Of a stretch of 64,000 nucleotides of DNA, positions 40,022 to 53,325 are shown piece after piece. The DNA is taken from positions 155,994,001 through 156,058,000 of the forward strand of contig CM059431.1 in the NCBI GenBank assembly GCA_030390025.1. The letters are read 5' to 3'. A model generated the notes under the pieces. The model did no database searches, was not told the DNA's origin, and was given only the letters and a program-made list of their open reading frames with translations. Origin of the DNA: Squalus acanthias. Taxonomy: Eukaryota. The stretch's first letter is position 1. Each line of letters begins with the position of its first letter. A program made the position numbers and the translations under genes.

Positions 40022-43000
40022 ACAAAGAGTGTCAGAGGAACTTGGACTACACAGAGTGTCTGAGTGCCGTGGGCTACACAGATTGAGAGAGTACACTGGG
40101 CTGCACAGAGTGTCAGAGTACCTTGACTACACAGACTGTCAGAGTAACTTGGACTACACTGATTGTCAGAGTACCGTGGACTACACAGAGTGTCAGAGTA
40201 CCCTGGACTACACAGAGTGTCAGAGTACCGTGGACTACACAGAGTTTCAGAGTACCGTGGACTACACAGAGTGTCAAAGTATCGTAGGCTACACAGAGTG
40301 TCAGAGAACCCTGAACTACACAGAGTGCCAGAGTACCTTGGACTACACAGAGTTTCAGAGTACCGTGGACTACACAGAGTGTCAGAGTACCTTGGACTAC
40401 GGAGAGTGTCAGAGAACCGTGGGATACACAGAGTGACAGAGTACACTGGGCTGCACAGTGTGTCAGAATATCCAGGACTAAACAAAGTGTCAGAGTATCC
40501 TGGGCTACACAGAGTGTCAGAGAACCGTGGGCTACACAGAGTGTCAGAATACATTGGACTACACAGAGTGTCAGAGTACCCTGGACTACACAGAGTGTCA
40601 GAGTACACTGGACAACACAGAGTGTCAGAGTACCCTGGACTAAACAGAGTGTCAGAGTACCGTGGACTACGCAGAGTGTCAGAGAACCTTGGAGTACGCA
40701 GAGTGTCAGAGAACCTTGGGCTACACAGAGTGACAGAGTACACTGGGCTCCACAGATTGTTAGAGTATCCTGGACTACACAGAGTGTCAGAGTACCCTAG
40801 ACTGCACAGAGTGCCAGAGTACCCTGGAGTACATGGAGCGTCAGAGTACCCTGGACTACGCAGAGTGTCAGAGAACCTTGGAGTACGCAGAGTGTCAGAG
40901 AACCGTGGGCTACACAGAGTAACAGAGTACACTGGGCTCCACAGATTGTCAGAGTTCCTTGAACTAAACAGAGAGTCAGAGTACCGTGTACTACAGAGAG
41001 TGTCAGAGTACCTAGGACTACACAGAGTGTCAAAGTACCGTGGGCTATACAGAGTGTCAGAGTACCTTGGACTACGCAGAGTGTCAGAGTACCGTTTACT
41101 ACAAAGAGTGTCAGAGTACCTTGGACTACACAGAGTGTCAGAGTAATCTGGACTACACAGAGTGTCAGAGTACCCTGGACTACACAGAGTGTCAGAGTAA
41201 CCTGGTCTATACAGAGTGTCAGAGAACCTTGGACTACACAGAGTGTCAGAGTACCCTGGACTACACAGAGTGACAGAGTACCTTGGACTACACAGAGTGT
41301 CAGAGTACCGTGGACTAAACAGAGTGTCAGAGTACCTTGGACTACGGAGAGTGTCAGAGAACCGTGGGCTACACAGAGTGACAGAGTACACTGGGCTGCA
41401 CAGAGTGTCAGAAAATTCTAGACTAAACAAAGTGTCAGAGTACCCTGGGCTACACAGAGTGTCAGAGAACCGTGGGCTACACAGAGTGTCAGAATACATT
41501 GGACTACACAGAGTGTCAGAGTAGGCTGGACTACACAGAGTGTCAGAGAACCCAGGACTACACAGAGTGACAGAATCCACTGTGCTACACAGATTGTCAG
41601 AGTATCCTGGACTACACAGAGTGTCAGAGAACCGTGGACAACACAGAGTGTCAGAGTACCTTGGACTACACAGAGTGTCAGAGTACCATGGACTACACAG
41701 AGTGTCAGAGTACCTTGGACTACGGAGAGTGTCAGAGAACCGTGGGCTGCAAAGAGTGACAGAGTACACTGGGCTGCACAGAGTATCAGAATATCCTGGA
41801 CTAAACAAAGTGTCAGAGTACCCTGGGCTACACAGAGTGTCAGAGAACCGCAGACGACACAGAGTGTTAAAGTACCCTGGTCTACACAGAGTGTCAGAGA
41901 ACCGTGGGCTACACAGAGTGTCAGAATACATTGGACTATACAGAGTGTCAGAGTACCCTGGACTACACAGAGTGTCAGAGAACCCTGGACTACACAGAGT
42001 GTCAGAGTACCCTGGACTAAACAGAGTGTCAGAGAAAGCTGGACTACACAGATTGTCAGAGTACCCTAGACTACGCAGAGTGTCAGAGAACCTTGGAGTA
42101 CGCAGATTGTCAGAGAACCGTGGGCTGCACAGAGTAAAAGAGTACACTGGCCTACACAGATTGTCAGAGTTCCTTGGACTAAACAGAGAGTCAGAGTACC
42201 GAGTACTACACAGAGTGTCAGAGTACCTAGGACTACACAGAGTGTCAAACTACCGTGGGCTTTACAGAGTGACAGAGTACACTGCGCTACATAGAGTTTC
42301 AGAGTACCCTGGACTACACAGAGTGTCAGAGAACCGTGGACAACACAGAGTGTCAGAGTACCTTGGACTACACAGAGTGTCAGAGTACCATGGACTACAC
42401 AGAGTGTCAGAGTACCTTGGACTAAACAGAGTGTCATAGTTCCCTGGACTACACAGAGTGTCAGAGTACCTTGGACTACACAGAGTGTCAGAGTACCGTG
42501 GACTACACAGAGTTTCAGAGTACCTTGGACAACGCAGAGTGTCAGAGTACCGTTTACTACAAAGAGTGTCAGAGGAACTTGGACTACACAGAGTGTCTGA
42601 GTACCGTGGGCTACACAGATTGAGAGAGTACACTGGGCTGCACAGAGTGTCAGAATATTCTAGACTAAACAAAGTGTCAGAGTACGCTGGGCTACACAGA
42701 GTGTCAGAGAACCGCAGACTGCACAGAGTGTTAAAGTACCCTGGAGTACATGGAGCGTCAGAGTACCCTGGACTACGCAGAGTGTCAGAGAACCTTGGAG
42801 TACGCAGAGTGTCAGAAAACCGTGGGCTACACAGAGTAACAGAGTACACTGGGCTCCACAGATTGTCAGAGTTCCTTGAACTAAACAGAGAGTCAGAGTA
42901 CCGTGTACTACACAGAGTGTCAGAGTACCTAGGACTACACAGAGTGTCAAAGTACCGTGGGCTATACAGAGTGTCAGAGTACCTTGGACTACGCAGAGTG

Positions 43001-43169
43001 TCAGAGTACCGTTTACTACAAAGAGTGTCAGAGTAACTTGGACTACACAGAGTGTCAGAGTAATCTGGACTACACAAAGTGTCAGAGTACCCTGGACTAC
43101 ACAGAGTGACAGAGTACCTTGGACTACACAGAGTGTCAGAGTACCGTGAACTAAACAGAGTGACAGAGT

Positions 43170-45445
43170 ACCTTGGACTACACAGAGTGTCAGAGTACCG
43201 TGAACTAAACAGAGTGTCAGAGTACCTTGGACTACGGAGAGTGTCAGAGAACCGTGGGCTACACAGAGTGACAGAGTACACTGGGCTGCACAGAGTGTCA
43301 GAATATTCTAGACTAAACAAAGTGTCAGAGTACCCTGGGCTACACAGAGTATCAGAGAACCGCAGACTACACAGAGTGTTAAAGTAACCTGGTCTACACA
43401 GAGTGTCAGAGAACCGTGCGCTATACAGAGTGTCAGAATACATTGGACTACACAGAGTGTCAGAGTACCCTGGACTACACAGAGTGTCAGAGTAACCTGG
43501 ACTACACATAGTTTCAGAGTACCCTGGACTACACAGAGTGTCAGAGTACCCTGGACTACACAGAGTGTCAGAGTACCCTGGACTACGCAGAGTGTCAGAG
43601 AACCTTGGAGTACGCAGTGTGTCAGAGAACCGTGGGCTACACAGAGTTGACAGAGTACACTGGGCTCCACCGATTGTTAGAGTATCCAGGACTACACTGA
43701 GTGTCAGAGTACCCTAGACTGCACAGAGTGTCAGAGTACCCTGGAGTACATGGAGTGTCAGAGTACCCTTGACTACGCAGAGTGTCAGAGAACCTTGGAG
43801 TACGCAGAGTGTCAGAGAACCGTGGGCTACACAGAGTAACAGAGTACACTGGGCTCCACAGATTGTCAGAATTCCTTGGACTAAACAGAGAGTCAGAGTA
43901 CCGTGCACAACACAGAGTGTCAAAGTACCGTGGGCTATACAGAGTGACAGATTACACTGCGCTACATAGAGTGTCAGAGTACCCTGGACTACACAGAGTG
44001 TCAGAGTACCTTGGACTAAACAGAGTGTCATAGCTCCCTGGACTACACAGAGTGTCAGAGTACCTTGGACTAAACAGAGTGTCATAGCTCCCTGGAGTAC
44101 ATGGAGCGTCAGAGTACCCTGGACTACGCAGAGTGTCAGAGAACCTTGGAGTACGCAGAGTGTCAGAGAACCGTGGGCTACACAGAGTAACAGAGCACAC
44201 TGGTCTCCACAGATTGTCAGAGTTCCTTGAACTAAACAGAGAGTCAGAGTACCGTGTACTACACAGACTGTCAGAGTACCTAGGACTACACAGAGTGTCA
44301 AAGTACCGTGGGCTATACAGAGTGTCCGAGTACCTTGGACAACGCAGAGTGTCAGAGTACCGTTTACTACAAAGAGTGTCAGAGTAACTTGGACTGCACA
44401 GAGTGTCAGAGTAATCTGGACTACACAGAGTGTCAGAGTACCCTGGACTACACAGAGTGTCAGAGTAACCTGGTCTATACAGAGTGTCAGAGAATCTTGG
44501 ACTACACAGAGTGTCAGAGTACCCTGGACTACACAGAGTGACAGAGTACCTTGGACCACACAGAGTGTCAGAGTACCGTGAACTAAACAGAGTGTCAGAG
44601 TACCTTGGACTACGGAGAGTGTCAGAGAACCGTGGGCTACACAGAGTGACAGAGTACACTGGGCTGCACAGAGTGTCAGAATATTCTAGACTAAACAAAG
44701 TGTCAGAGTACCCTGGGCTGCACAGAGTATCAGAGAACCGCAGACTACACAGAGTGTTAAAGTACCCTGGTCTACACAGAGTGTCAGAGAACCGTGCGCT
44801 ACACAGAGTGTCAGAATACATTGGACTACACAGAGTGTCAGAGTACCCTGGACTACACAGAGTGTCAGAGTAACCTGGACTACACATAGTTTCAGAGTAC
44901 CCTGGACTACACAGAGTGTCAGAGTACCCTGGACTACACAGAGTGTCAGAGTACCCTGGACTACGCAGAGTGTCAGAGAACCTTGGAGTACGCAGTGTGT
45001 CAGAGAACCGTGGGCTACACAGAGTTGACAGAGTACACTGGGCTCCACCGATTGTTAGAGTATCCAGGACTACACTGAGTGTCAGAGTACCCTAGACTGC
45101 ACAGAGTGTCAGAGTACCCTGGAGTACATGGAGTGTCAGAGTACCCTTGACTACGCAGAGTGTCAGAGAACCTTGGAGTACGCAGAGTGTCAGAGAACCG
45201 TGGGCTACACAGAGTAACAGAGTACACTGGGCTCCACAGATTGTCAGAATTCCTTGGACTAAACAGAGAGTCAGAGTACCGTGCACAACACAGAGTGTCA
45301 AAGTACCGTGGGCTATACAGAGTGACAGATTACACTGCGCTACATAGAGTGTCAGAGTACCCTGGACTACACAGAGTGTCAGAGTACCTTGGACTAAACA
45401 GAGTGTCATAGCTCCCTGGACTACACAGAGTGTCAGAGTACCTTG
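43170..45445 (+). repeat. Higher-order duplication, offset 1378 bp
   Basis: ORF pairs 43308/44686, 43637/45015, 43769/45147 and 43782/45160. Both copies carry the +1 monomer AGAGTTGACAG. Boundaries approximate. Confidence 0.85.
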
Positions 45446-48119
45446 GACTACACAGAGTGTCAGAGTAACGTGGACTACACAGCGTGTCAGAGTACCTTGG
45501 ACTACGCACAGTGTCAGAGTACCGTTTACTACAAAGAGTGTCAGAGGACCTTGGACTACACAGAGTGTCAAAGTACCATGGGCTATACAGAGTGTCAGAG
45601 TAACTTGGACTACACAGATTGTCAGAGTACCGTGGACTACACAGAGTGTCAGAGTACCTTGGACTACGCAGAGTGTCAGAGTACCGTGGGCTACAGAGAG
45701 TGACAGAGTGCCCTGGGCTACACAGAGTGTCAGAGTACCCTGAAATACAGAGAGTGTCAGAGTACAGTGGGCTACACAGAGTATCAGAGTACCCTGGACT
45801 ACACAGAGTGTCAGAATACTGTGGGCTTCACAGAGTGACAGAGTACACCTGGCTAAACAGAGTGTCGGAGTACCCTGGACTACACAGAGTGTCAGAGAAC
45901 CGCAGACGACACAGAGTGTTAAAGTACCCTGGTCTACACAGAGTGTCAGAGAACCGTGGGCTACACAGAGTGTCAGAATACATTGGACTACACAGAGTGT
46001 CAGAGTACCCTGGACTACACAGAGTGTCAGAGTAACCTGGACTACACAGAGTGTCAGAGTAACCTGGACTACACAGAGTGTCAGAGTACCCTGGACTAAA
46101 CAGAGTGTCACAGTACGCTGGACTACACAGAGTGTCAGAGTACCCTGGACTACGCAGTGTGTCAGAGAACCTTGGAGTACGCAGAGTGTCAGAGAACCGT
46201 GAGCTGCACAGAGTGACAGAGTACACTGGGCTCCACAGATTGTTATAGTATCCTGGACTACACAGAGTGTCAGAGTACCCTAGACTGCACAGAGTGTCAG
46301 AGTACCCTGGAGTACATGGAGTGTCAGAGTACCCTGGACTACGCAGAGTGTCAGAGAACCTTGGAGTACGCAGATTGTCAGAGAACCGTGGGCTACACAG
46401 AGTAAAAGAGTACACTGGCCTACACAGATTGTCAGAGTTCCTTGGACTAAACAGAGAGTCAGAGTACCGAGTACTACACAGAGTGTCAGAGTACCTAGGA
46501 CTACACATAGTGTCAAAGTACCGTGGGCTTTACAGAGTGACAGAGTACACTGCGCTACATAGAGTTTCAGAGTACCCTGGACTACACAGAGTGTCAGAGA
46601 ACCGTGGACAACACAGAGTGTCAGAGTACCTTGGACTACACAGAGTGTCAGAGTACCATGGACTACACAGAGTGTCAGAGTACCTTGGACAACGCAGAGT
46701 GTCAGAGTACCGTTTACTACAAAGAGTGTCAGAGGAACTTGGACTACACAGAGTGTCTGAGTACCGTGGGCTACACAGATTGAGAGAGTACACTGGGCTG
46801 CACAGAGTGTCAGAGTACCCTGGACTACACAGAGTGTCAGAGTACCTTGACTACACAGAGTGTCAGAGTAACTTGGACTACACAGATTGTCAGAGTACCG
46901 TGGACTACACGGAGTGTCAGAGTACCTTGGACTACGCAGAGTGTCAGAGTACAGTGGGCTACACAGAGTATCAGAGTACCCTAAACTACACAGAGTGTCA
47001 GAGTACCCTGGACTACACAGAGTGTCAGAGTACCGTGGACAACACAGAGTGTCAGAGTACCGTGGGCTCCACAGAGTGACAGAGTACCTTGGAATACACA
47101 GAGTGTCAAAGTACCGTGAGCTACACAGAGTGACAGAGGACACTGGGCTACACAGAGTGTCAGACTACCCTGGACTACACAGAGTGTCAGAGTACCTTGG
47201 ACTAAACAGAGTGTCATAGTACGCTGGACTACACAGAGTGTCAGAGTACCTTGGACTACGCAGAGTGTCAGAGAACCGTGGGCTACACAGAGTGACAGAG
47301 TACACTGTGCTACACAGAGTGTCAGTGTATCCTGGACTACACAGTGTGTCAGAGTACCCTGGGCTACACAGAGTATCAGAGAACCGTAGTCTATACAGAG
47401 CGTTAGAGTACCCTGGTCGACACAGAGTGTCAGAGAACGGTGGACTACACAGAGTGTCAGAGGACCTTGGACTACACAGAGTGTCAGAGTACCGTGGGCT
47501 ACACAGATTGACAGAGTACACTGGGCTACAGAGAGGGTCAGAGTACCCTGTACTACACAGAGTGTCAGAGTACCTTGACTACACAGAGAGTCAGAGTAAC
47601 TTGGACTACACAGATTGTCAGAGTACCGTGGACTACACAGAGTTTCAGAGTACCTTGGATTACGCAGAGTGTCAGAGTACCGTGGGCTACACAGAGTGAC
47701 AGAGTACACTGGGCTACACAGAGTGGCAGCGTACCCTGAAATACAAAGAGTGTCAAAGTACCTTGGACTACACAGAGTGTCAGAGTACCCTGGACTACAC
47801 AGAGTGCCAGAGTACCTTGGACTACACAGAGTGTCAGAGTACCGTGGACTACACAGAGTGTCAAAGTACACTGCGCTACATAGAGTGTCAGAGTACCCTG
47901 GACTACACAGAGTGTCAGAGTACCTTGGACTAAACAGAGTGTCATAGTTCCCTGGACTACACAGAGTGTCAGAGTACCGTGGACTACACAGAGTGTCAAA
48001 GTACACTGCCCTACATAGAGTGTCAGAGTACCGTGGACTACACAGAGTGTCAGAGTACCTTGGACAACGCAGAGTGCCAGAGTACCGTATACTACAAAGA
48101 GTGTCAGAGGAACTAGGAC

Positions 48120-51100
48120 TACACAGAGTGTCTGAGTACCGTGGGCTACACAGATTGACAGAGTACACTGGGCTGCACAGAGTGTCAGAGTACCCTTGAC
48201 TACACAGAGTGTCAGAGTACCTTGACTGCACAGAGTGTCAGAGTTACTTGGACTACACAGATTGTCAGAGTACCGTGGACTACACGGAGTGTCAGAGTAC
48301 CTTGTACTACGCAGAGTGTCAGAGTACCGTGGGCTACATAGAGTGACAGAGTACACAGGGCTACACAGAGTGTCAGAGTACCCTGAAATAAACAGAGTGT
48401 CAGAGTACAGTGGGCTACACAGAGTATCAGAGTACCCTGGACTAAACAGAGTGTCAGAGTACCCTGGACTACACAGAGTGTCAGAGTACCGTGGACAACA
48501 CAGAGTGTCAGAGTACCTTGGACTACTCAGAGTGTCAAAGTACCGTGGGCTACACAGAGTGACAGAGTACACTGGGCTACACAGAGTGTCAGAGTACCCT
48601 GGACTACACAGAGTGTCAGAGTACCTTGGACTAAACAGAGTGTCATAGTACCCTGGACTACACAGAGTGTCAGAGTACCTTGGACTACACAGAGTATCAG
48701 AGTACCGTGGAGTACACAGAGTGTCAGAGTACCTTGGACTACGCAGAGTGTCAGAGAACCGTGGGCTACACAGAGTGACAGAGTACACTGGGCTACACAG
48801 AGTGACAGAGTACACTGGGCTACACAGAGTGTCAGAGTACACTGGGCTACACAGAGTGTCAGAGTACCCTGGACTACACAGAGTGTCAGAGTACCTTGGA
48901 CTAAACAGAGTGTCATAGTACCCTGGACTACACAGAGTGTCAGAGTACCTTGGACTACACAGAGTATCAGAGTACCGTGGAGTACACAGAGTGTCAGAGT
49001 ATCCTGGACTACACAGTGTGTCAGAGTACCCTGGGCTACACAGAGTATCAGAGAACCGTAGTCTAAACAGAGCGTTAGAGTACCCTGGTCGACACAGATT
49101 GTCAGAGAACCGTGGACTACACAGAGTGTCAGAGTAAATTGGACTACGCAGAGTGTCAGAGTACCGTTTACTACAAAGACTGTCAGAGGACCTTGGACTA
49201 CACAGAGTGTCAGAGTACCGTGGGCTAAACAGATTGACAGAGTACCGTGGAGTACACAGAGTGTCAGAGTACCTTGGACTACGCAGAGTGTCAGAGAACC
49301 GTGGGCTACACAGAGTGACAGAGTACACTGGGCTACACAGAGTGTCAGAGTATCCTGGACTACACAGTGTGTCAGAGTACCCTGGGCTACACAGAGTGTC
49401 AGAGTATCCTGGACGACACAGTGTGTCAGAGTACCCTGGGCTACACAGAGTATCAGAGAACCGTAGTCTAAACAGAGCGTTAGAGTACCCTGGTCGACAC
49501 AGATTGTCAGAGAACCGTGGACTACACCGAGTGTCAGAGTAAATTGGACTACGCAGAGTGTCAGAGTACCGTTTACTACAAAGACTGTCAGAGGACCTTG
49601 GGCTACACAGAGTGTCAGAGCACCCTGTACTACACAGAGTGTCAGAGTACCTTGACTACACAGAGAGTCAGAGTAACTTGGACGACACAGAGTGTCATAG
49701 TACCCTGGACTACACAGAGTGTCAGAGGACCTTGGACTAAACAGAGTGTCAGAGTACCGTGGAGTACACAGAGTGTCAGAGTACCTTGGACTACGCAGAG
49801 TGTCAGAGAATCGTGGGCTACACAGAGTGACAGAGTACACTGGGCTGCACAGAGTGTCAGAGTACCCTGGACTACACAGTGTGTCAGAGTACGTTGGAAT
49901 ACGCAGAGTGCCAGTGTACCCTGGAATAAAGAGAATGTTAGAGTACCAAGGACTACACAGAGTGTCAGAGTACCGTGGCTTACACAGAGTGTCAGAGTAT
50001 CCTGGACTGCACAGAGTGATAGAGTACACTGGGCTACACAGAGTTTTAGAGTACCCTGTGCTACACAGAGTATCAGAGTACCTTGGACTACGCAGAGTTT
50101 CAGAGAACCGTGGGCTAGACAGAGTGACAGAGTACACTGGGCTGCACAGAGTGACAGAGTCCACTGTGCTACACAATTTGTAAGAGTATCCTGGACTACA
50201 CATAGTGTCAGAGAACCGTAGACAACACAAAGTGTTAGAGTACCCTGGTCTACACAGAGTGTCAGAGTGCCTTGGACTGCTCAGAGTGTCAGAGTGCCTT
50301 GGACTACACAGAGTGTCAGTGTACCGTGGACTAAACAGAGTGTCAGAGTACCCTGGACTACACAGAGTGTCAGAGTACCTTGGTCTACACGCAGTGTCAG
50401 AGTACCTTGGGCTACACAGAGTGTCAGAGTTCCGTGGGCTACACAGATTGTCAGAGTACCTTGGACTAAAAAGAGTGTCAGAGTACCGTGGGCTACACAG
50501 AGTGACAGACAACACTGGACTACACGGAGTGTCAGATTACCTTGGACTACACAGAGTGTCAGAGTACCGTGTACTACACAGAGTGTCAGAGTACCTTGGA
50601 CTACACAGAGTGTCGGAGTAACGTGGGCTGCACAGAGTGACAGAGTACATTGAGCTACACAGAGTGTCAGAGTACCCTGGACTACACAGAGTGTCAGAGT
50701 ACCTGGACTACACAGAGTGTCAGAGTACCTTGGACTACGCAGAGTGTCAGCGAACCGTGGGCTACACAGAGTGTCAGAGTGCACTAGGCTACACAGAGTG
50801 ACAGAGTATCCTGGACTACACAGAGTGATAGAGTACACTGGGCTACACAGAGAGTCAGAGTACCCTGGACTACACAGAGTATCAGAGTACCTTGGACTAC
50901 GCAGAGTGTCAGAGAACCGTGGGCTACACAGAGTGACAGAGTACACTGGGCTACACAGAGTGTCAGAGTACCCTGGACTACACAGAGTGTCAGAGTACCG
51001 TGGGCTACACAGAGTATCAGAGTACCCTGGACTACACTGAGTGTAAGAGAACCGTGGGCTACACAGAGTGTCAGAGTACCTTGGACTACACAGAGTGTCA

Positions 51101-53325
51101 GAGTACCGTGGCCTTCACAGAGTGACAGAGCACACTGGGCTACACAGAATGTCGGAGTACCCTGGACTACACAGAGTTTCAGAGTACCGTGGACTAAACA
51201 GAGTGTCAGAGTACCCTGGACTACACAGAGTGTCAGAGTACCGTGGACTAGACAGAGTGTCAGAGTACCGTGGGCTGCACCGAGTGACAGAGTACCCTGG
51301 GCTACACAGAGTGTCAGAGTACATTGTGCCACACAGAGTGACAGAGTGCACTAGGTTACACAGAGTGTCAGAGTATACTGGACTAAACAACTGTCAGAGT
51401 ACCCTGTGCTAAACAGAGTTTCAGAGTACCTTGGTCAACACAGAGTGTCAGAGTACCGTGGGCTACACAGAGTGAAAGAGTACGCTGGGCTACTCAGAGT
51501 GTCACAGTATACTAGACTACACAGAGTGTCAGAGTAACCTGGACTACACAGAGTGTCAGCGTACCATGAACTACATAGAGAGTCAGACTACCCTGGACTA
51601 CACAAAGTGTCAGAGTACCTTGGAATACACAGAGTGTCAGAGTACCTTGGACTACGCAGAGTGTCAGCGAACCGTGGGCTACACAGAGTGACAGAGTGCA
51701 TTATGCTGCACAGACTGTCAGAGTACCCTGGACTACACAGAGTGTCAGAGTACCGTGGACTACACAGTGTGTCGGAGTACCCTAGACTACACAGAGTGTC
51801 AGAGTACCCTGTACTACACAGAGTGTCAGAGTACCCTGGACTACACAGAGTATCAGAGTGCCTTGGACTACACAGAGTGTCAGAGTACCGTGGACTACAC
51901 AGAATGTCAGAGTACCGTGTACGACACAGAGTGTAAGAGTACCTTGGACTACACAGAGTGTCAGAGTACCCTGGACTACACAGAGTGTCAGAGCACCTTG
52001 GACTACACAGAGTGTCATTGTACCCTGGACTACACAGAGTGTCAGAGTCCCTTGGACTACACAGAGTGTCAGAGTACAGTGGACTACACAGAGTGTCTGA
52101 GTACCGTGGGCTGCACAGATTGACAGAGTACACTGGGCTGCACAGAGTGTCAGAGTACCCTTGACTACACAGAGTGTCAGAGTACCTTGACTGCACAGAG
52201 TGTCAGAGTTACTTGGACTACACAGATTGTCAGAGTACCGTGGACTACACGGAGTGTCAGAGTACCTTGTACTACGCAGAGTGTCAGAGTACCGTGGGCT
52301 ACATAGAGTGACAGAGTACACAGGGCTACACAGAGTGTCAGAGTACCCTGAAATAAACAGAGTGTCAGAGTACAGTGGGCTACACAGAGTATCAGAGTAC
52401 CCTGGACTAAACAGAGTGTCAGAGTACCCTGGACTACACAGAGTGTCAGAGTACCGTGGACAACACAGAGTGTCAGAGTACCTTGGACTACTCAGAGTGT
52501 CAAAGTACCGTGGGCTACACAGAGTGACAGAGTACACTGGGCTACACAGAGTGTCAGAGTACCCTGGACTACACAGAGTGTCAGAGTACCTTGGACTAAA
52601 CAGAGTGTCATAGTACCCTGGACTACACAGAGTGTCAGAGTACCTTGGACTACACAGAGTATCAGAGTACCGTGGAGTACACAGAGTGTCAGAGTACCTT
52701 GGACTACGCAGAGTGTCAGAGAACCGTGGGCTACACAGAGTGACAGAGTACACTGGGCTACACAGAGTGACAGAGTACACTGGGCTACACAGAGTGTCAG
52801 AGTACACTGGGCTACACAGAGTGTCAGAGTACCCTGGACTACACAGAGTGTCAGAGTACCTTGGACTAAACAGAGTGTCATAGTACCCTGGAGTACACAG
52901 AGTGTCAGAGTACCTTGGACTACACAGAGTATCAGAGTACCGTGGAGTACACAGAGTGTCAGAGTATCCTGGACTACACAGTGTGTCAGAGTACCCTGGG
53001 CTACACAGAGTATCAGAGAACCGTAGTCTAAACAGAGCGTTAGAGTACCCTGGTCGACACAGATTGTCAGAGAACCGTGGACTACACAGAGTGTCAGAGT
53101 AAATTGGACTACGCAGAGTGTCAGAGTACCGTTTACTACAAAGACTGTCAGAGGACCTTGGACTACACAGAGTGTCAGAGTACCGTGGGCTAAACAGATT
53201 GACAGAGTACCGTGGAGTACACAGAGTGTCAGAGTACCTTGGACTACGCAGAGTGTCAGAGAACCGTGGGCTACACAGAGTGACAGAGTACACTGGGCTA
53301 CACAGAGTGTCAGAGTATCCTGGAC
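48120..53325 (+). repeat. Dispersed block duplication ~48120-49360 / ~52085-53325 (offset 3965 bp)
   Basis: Identical ORF pairs 48235/52200, 48667/52632 and 48937/52902. Both copies have the variant CTGAAATAAACAG. Boundaries approximate. Confidence 0.85.

Noticed and set aside
38503..42147. 1214-aa ORF, and the hundreds of other ORFs with 9-aa repeats (some Thr/Cys-rich, superficially like beta-solenoid or antifreeze proteins)
   Set aside because: The 27-bp consensus is stop-free in five of six frames, so long ORFs are expected. The ORFs overlap on both strands, switch peptide register at monomer indels, and have no unique domain or signal peptide. Variants show no visible codon-position bias.
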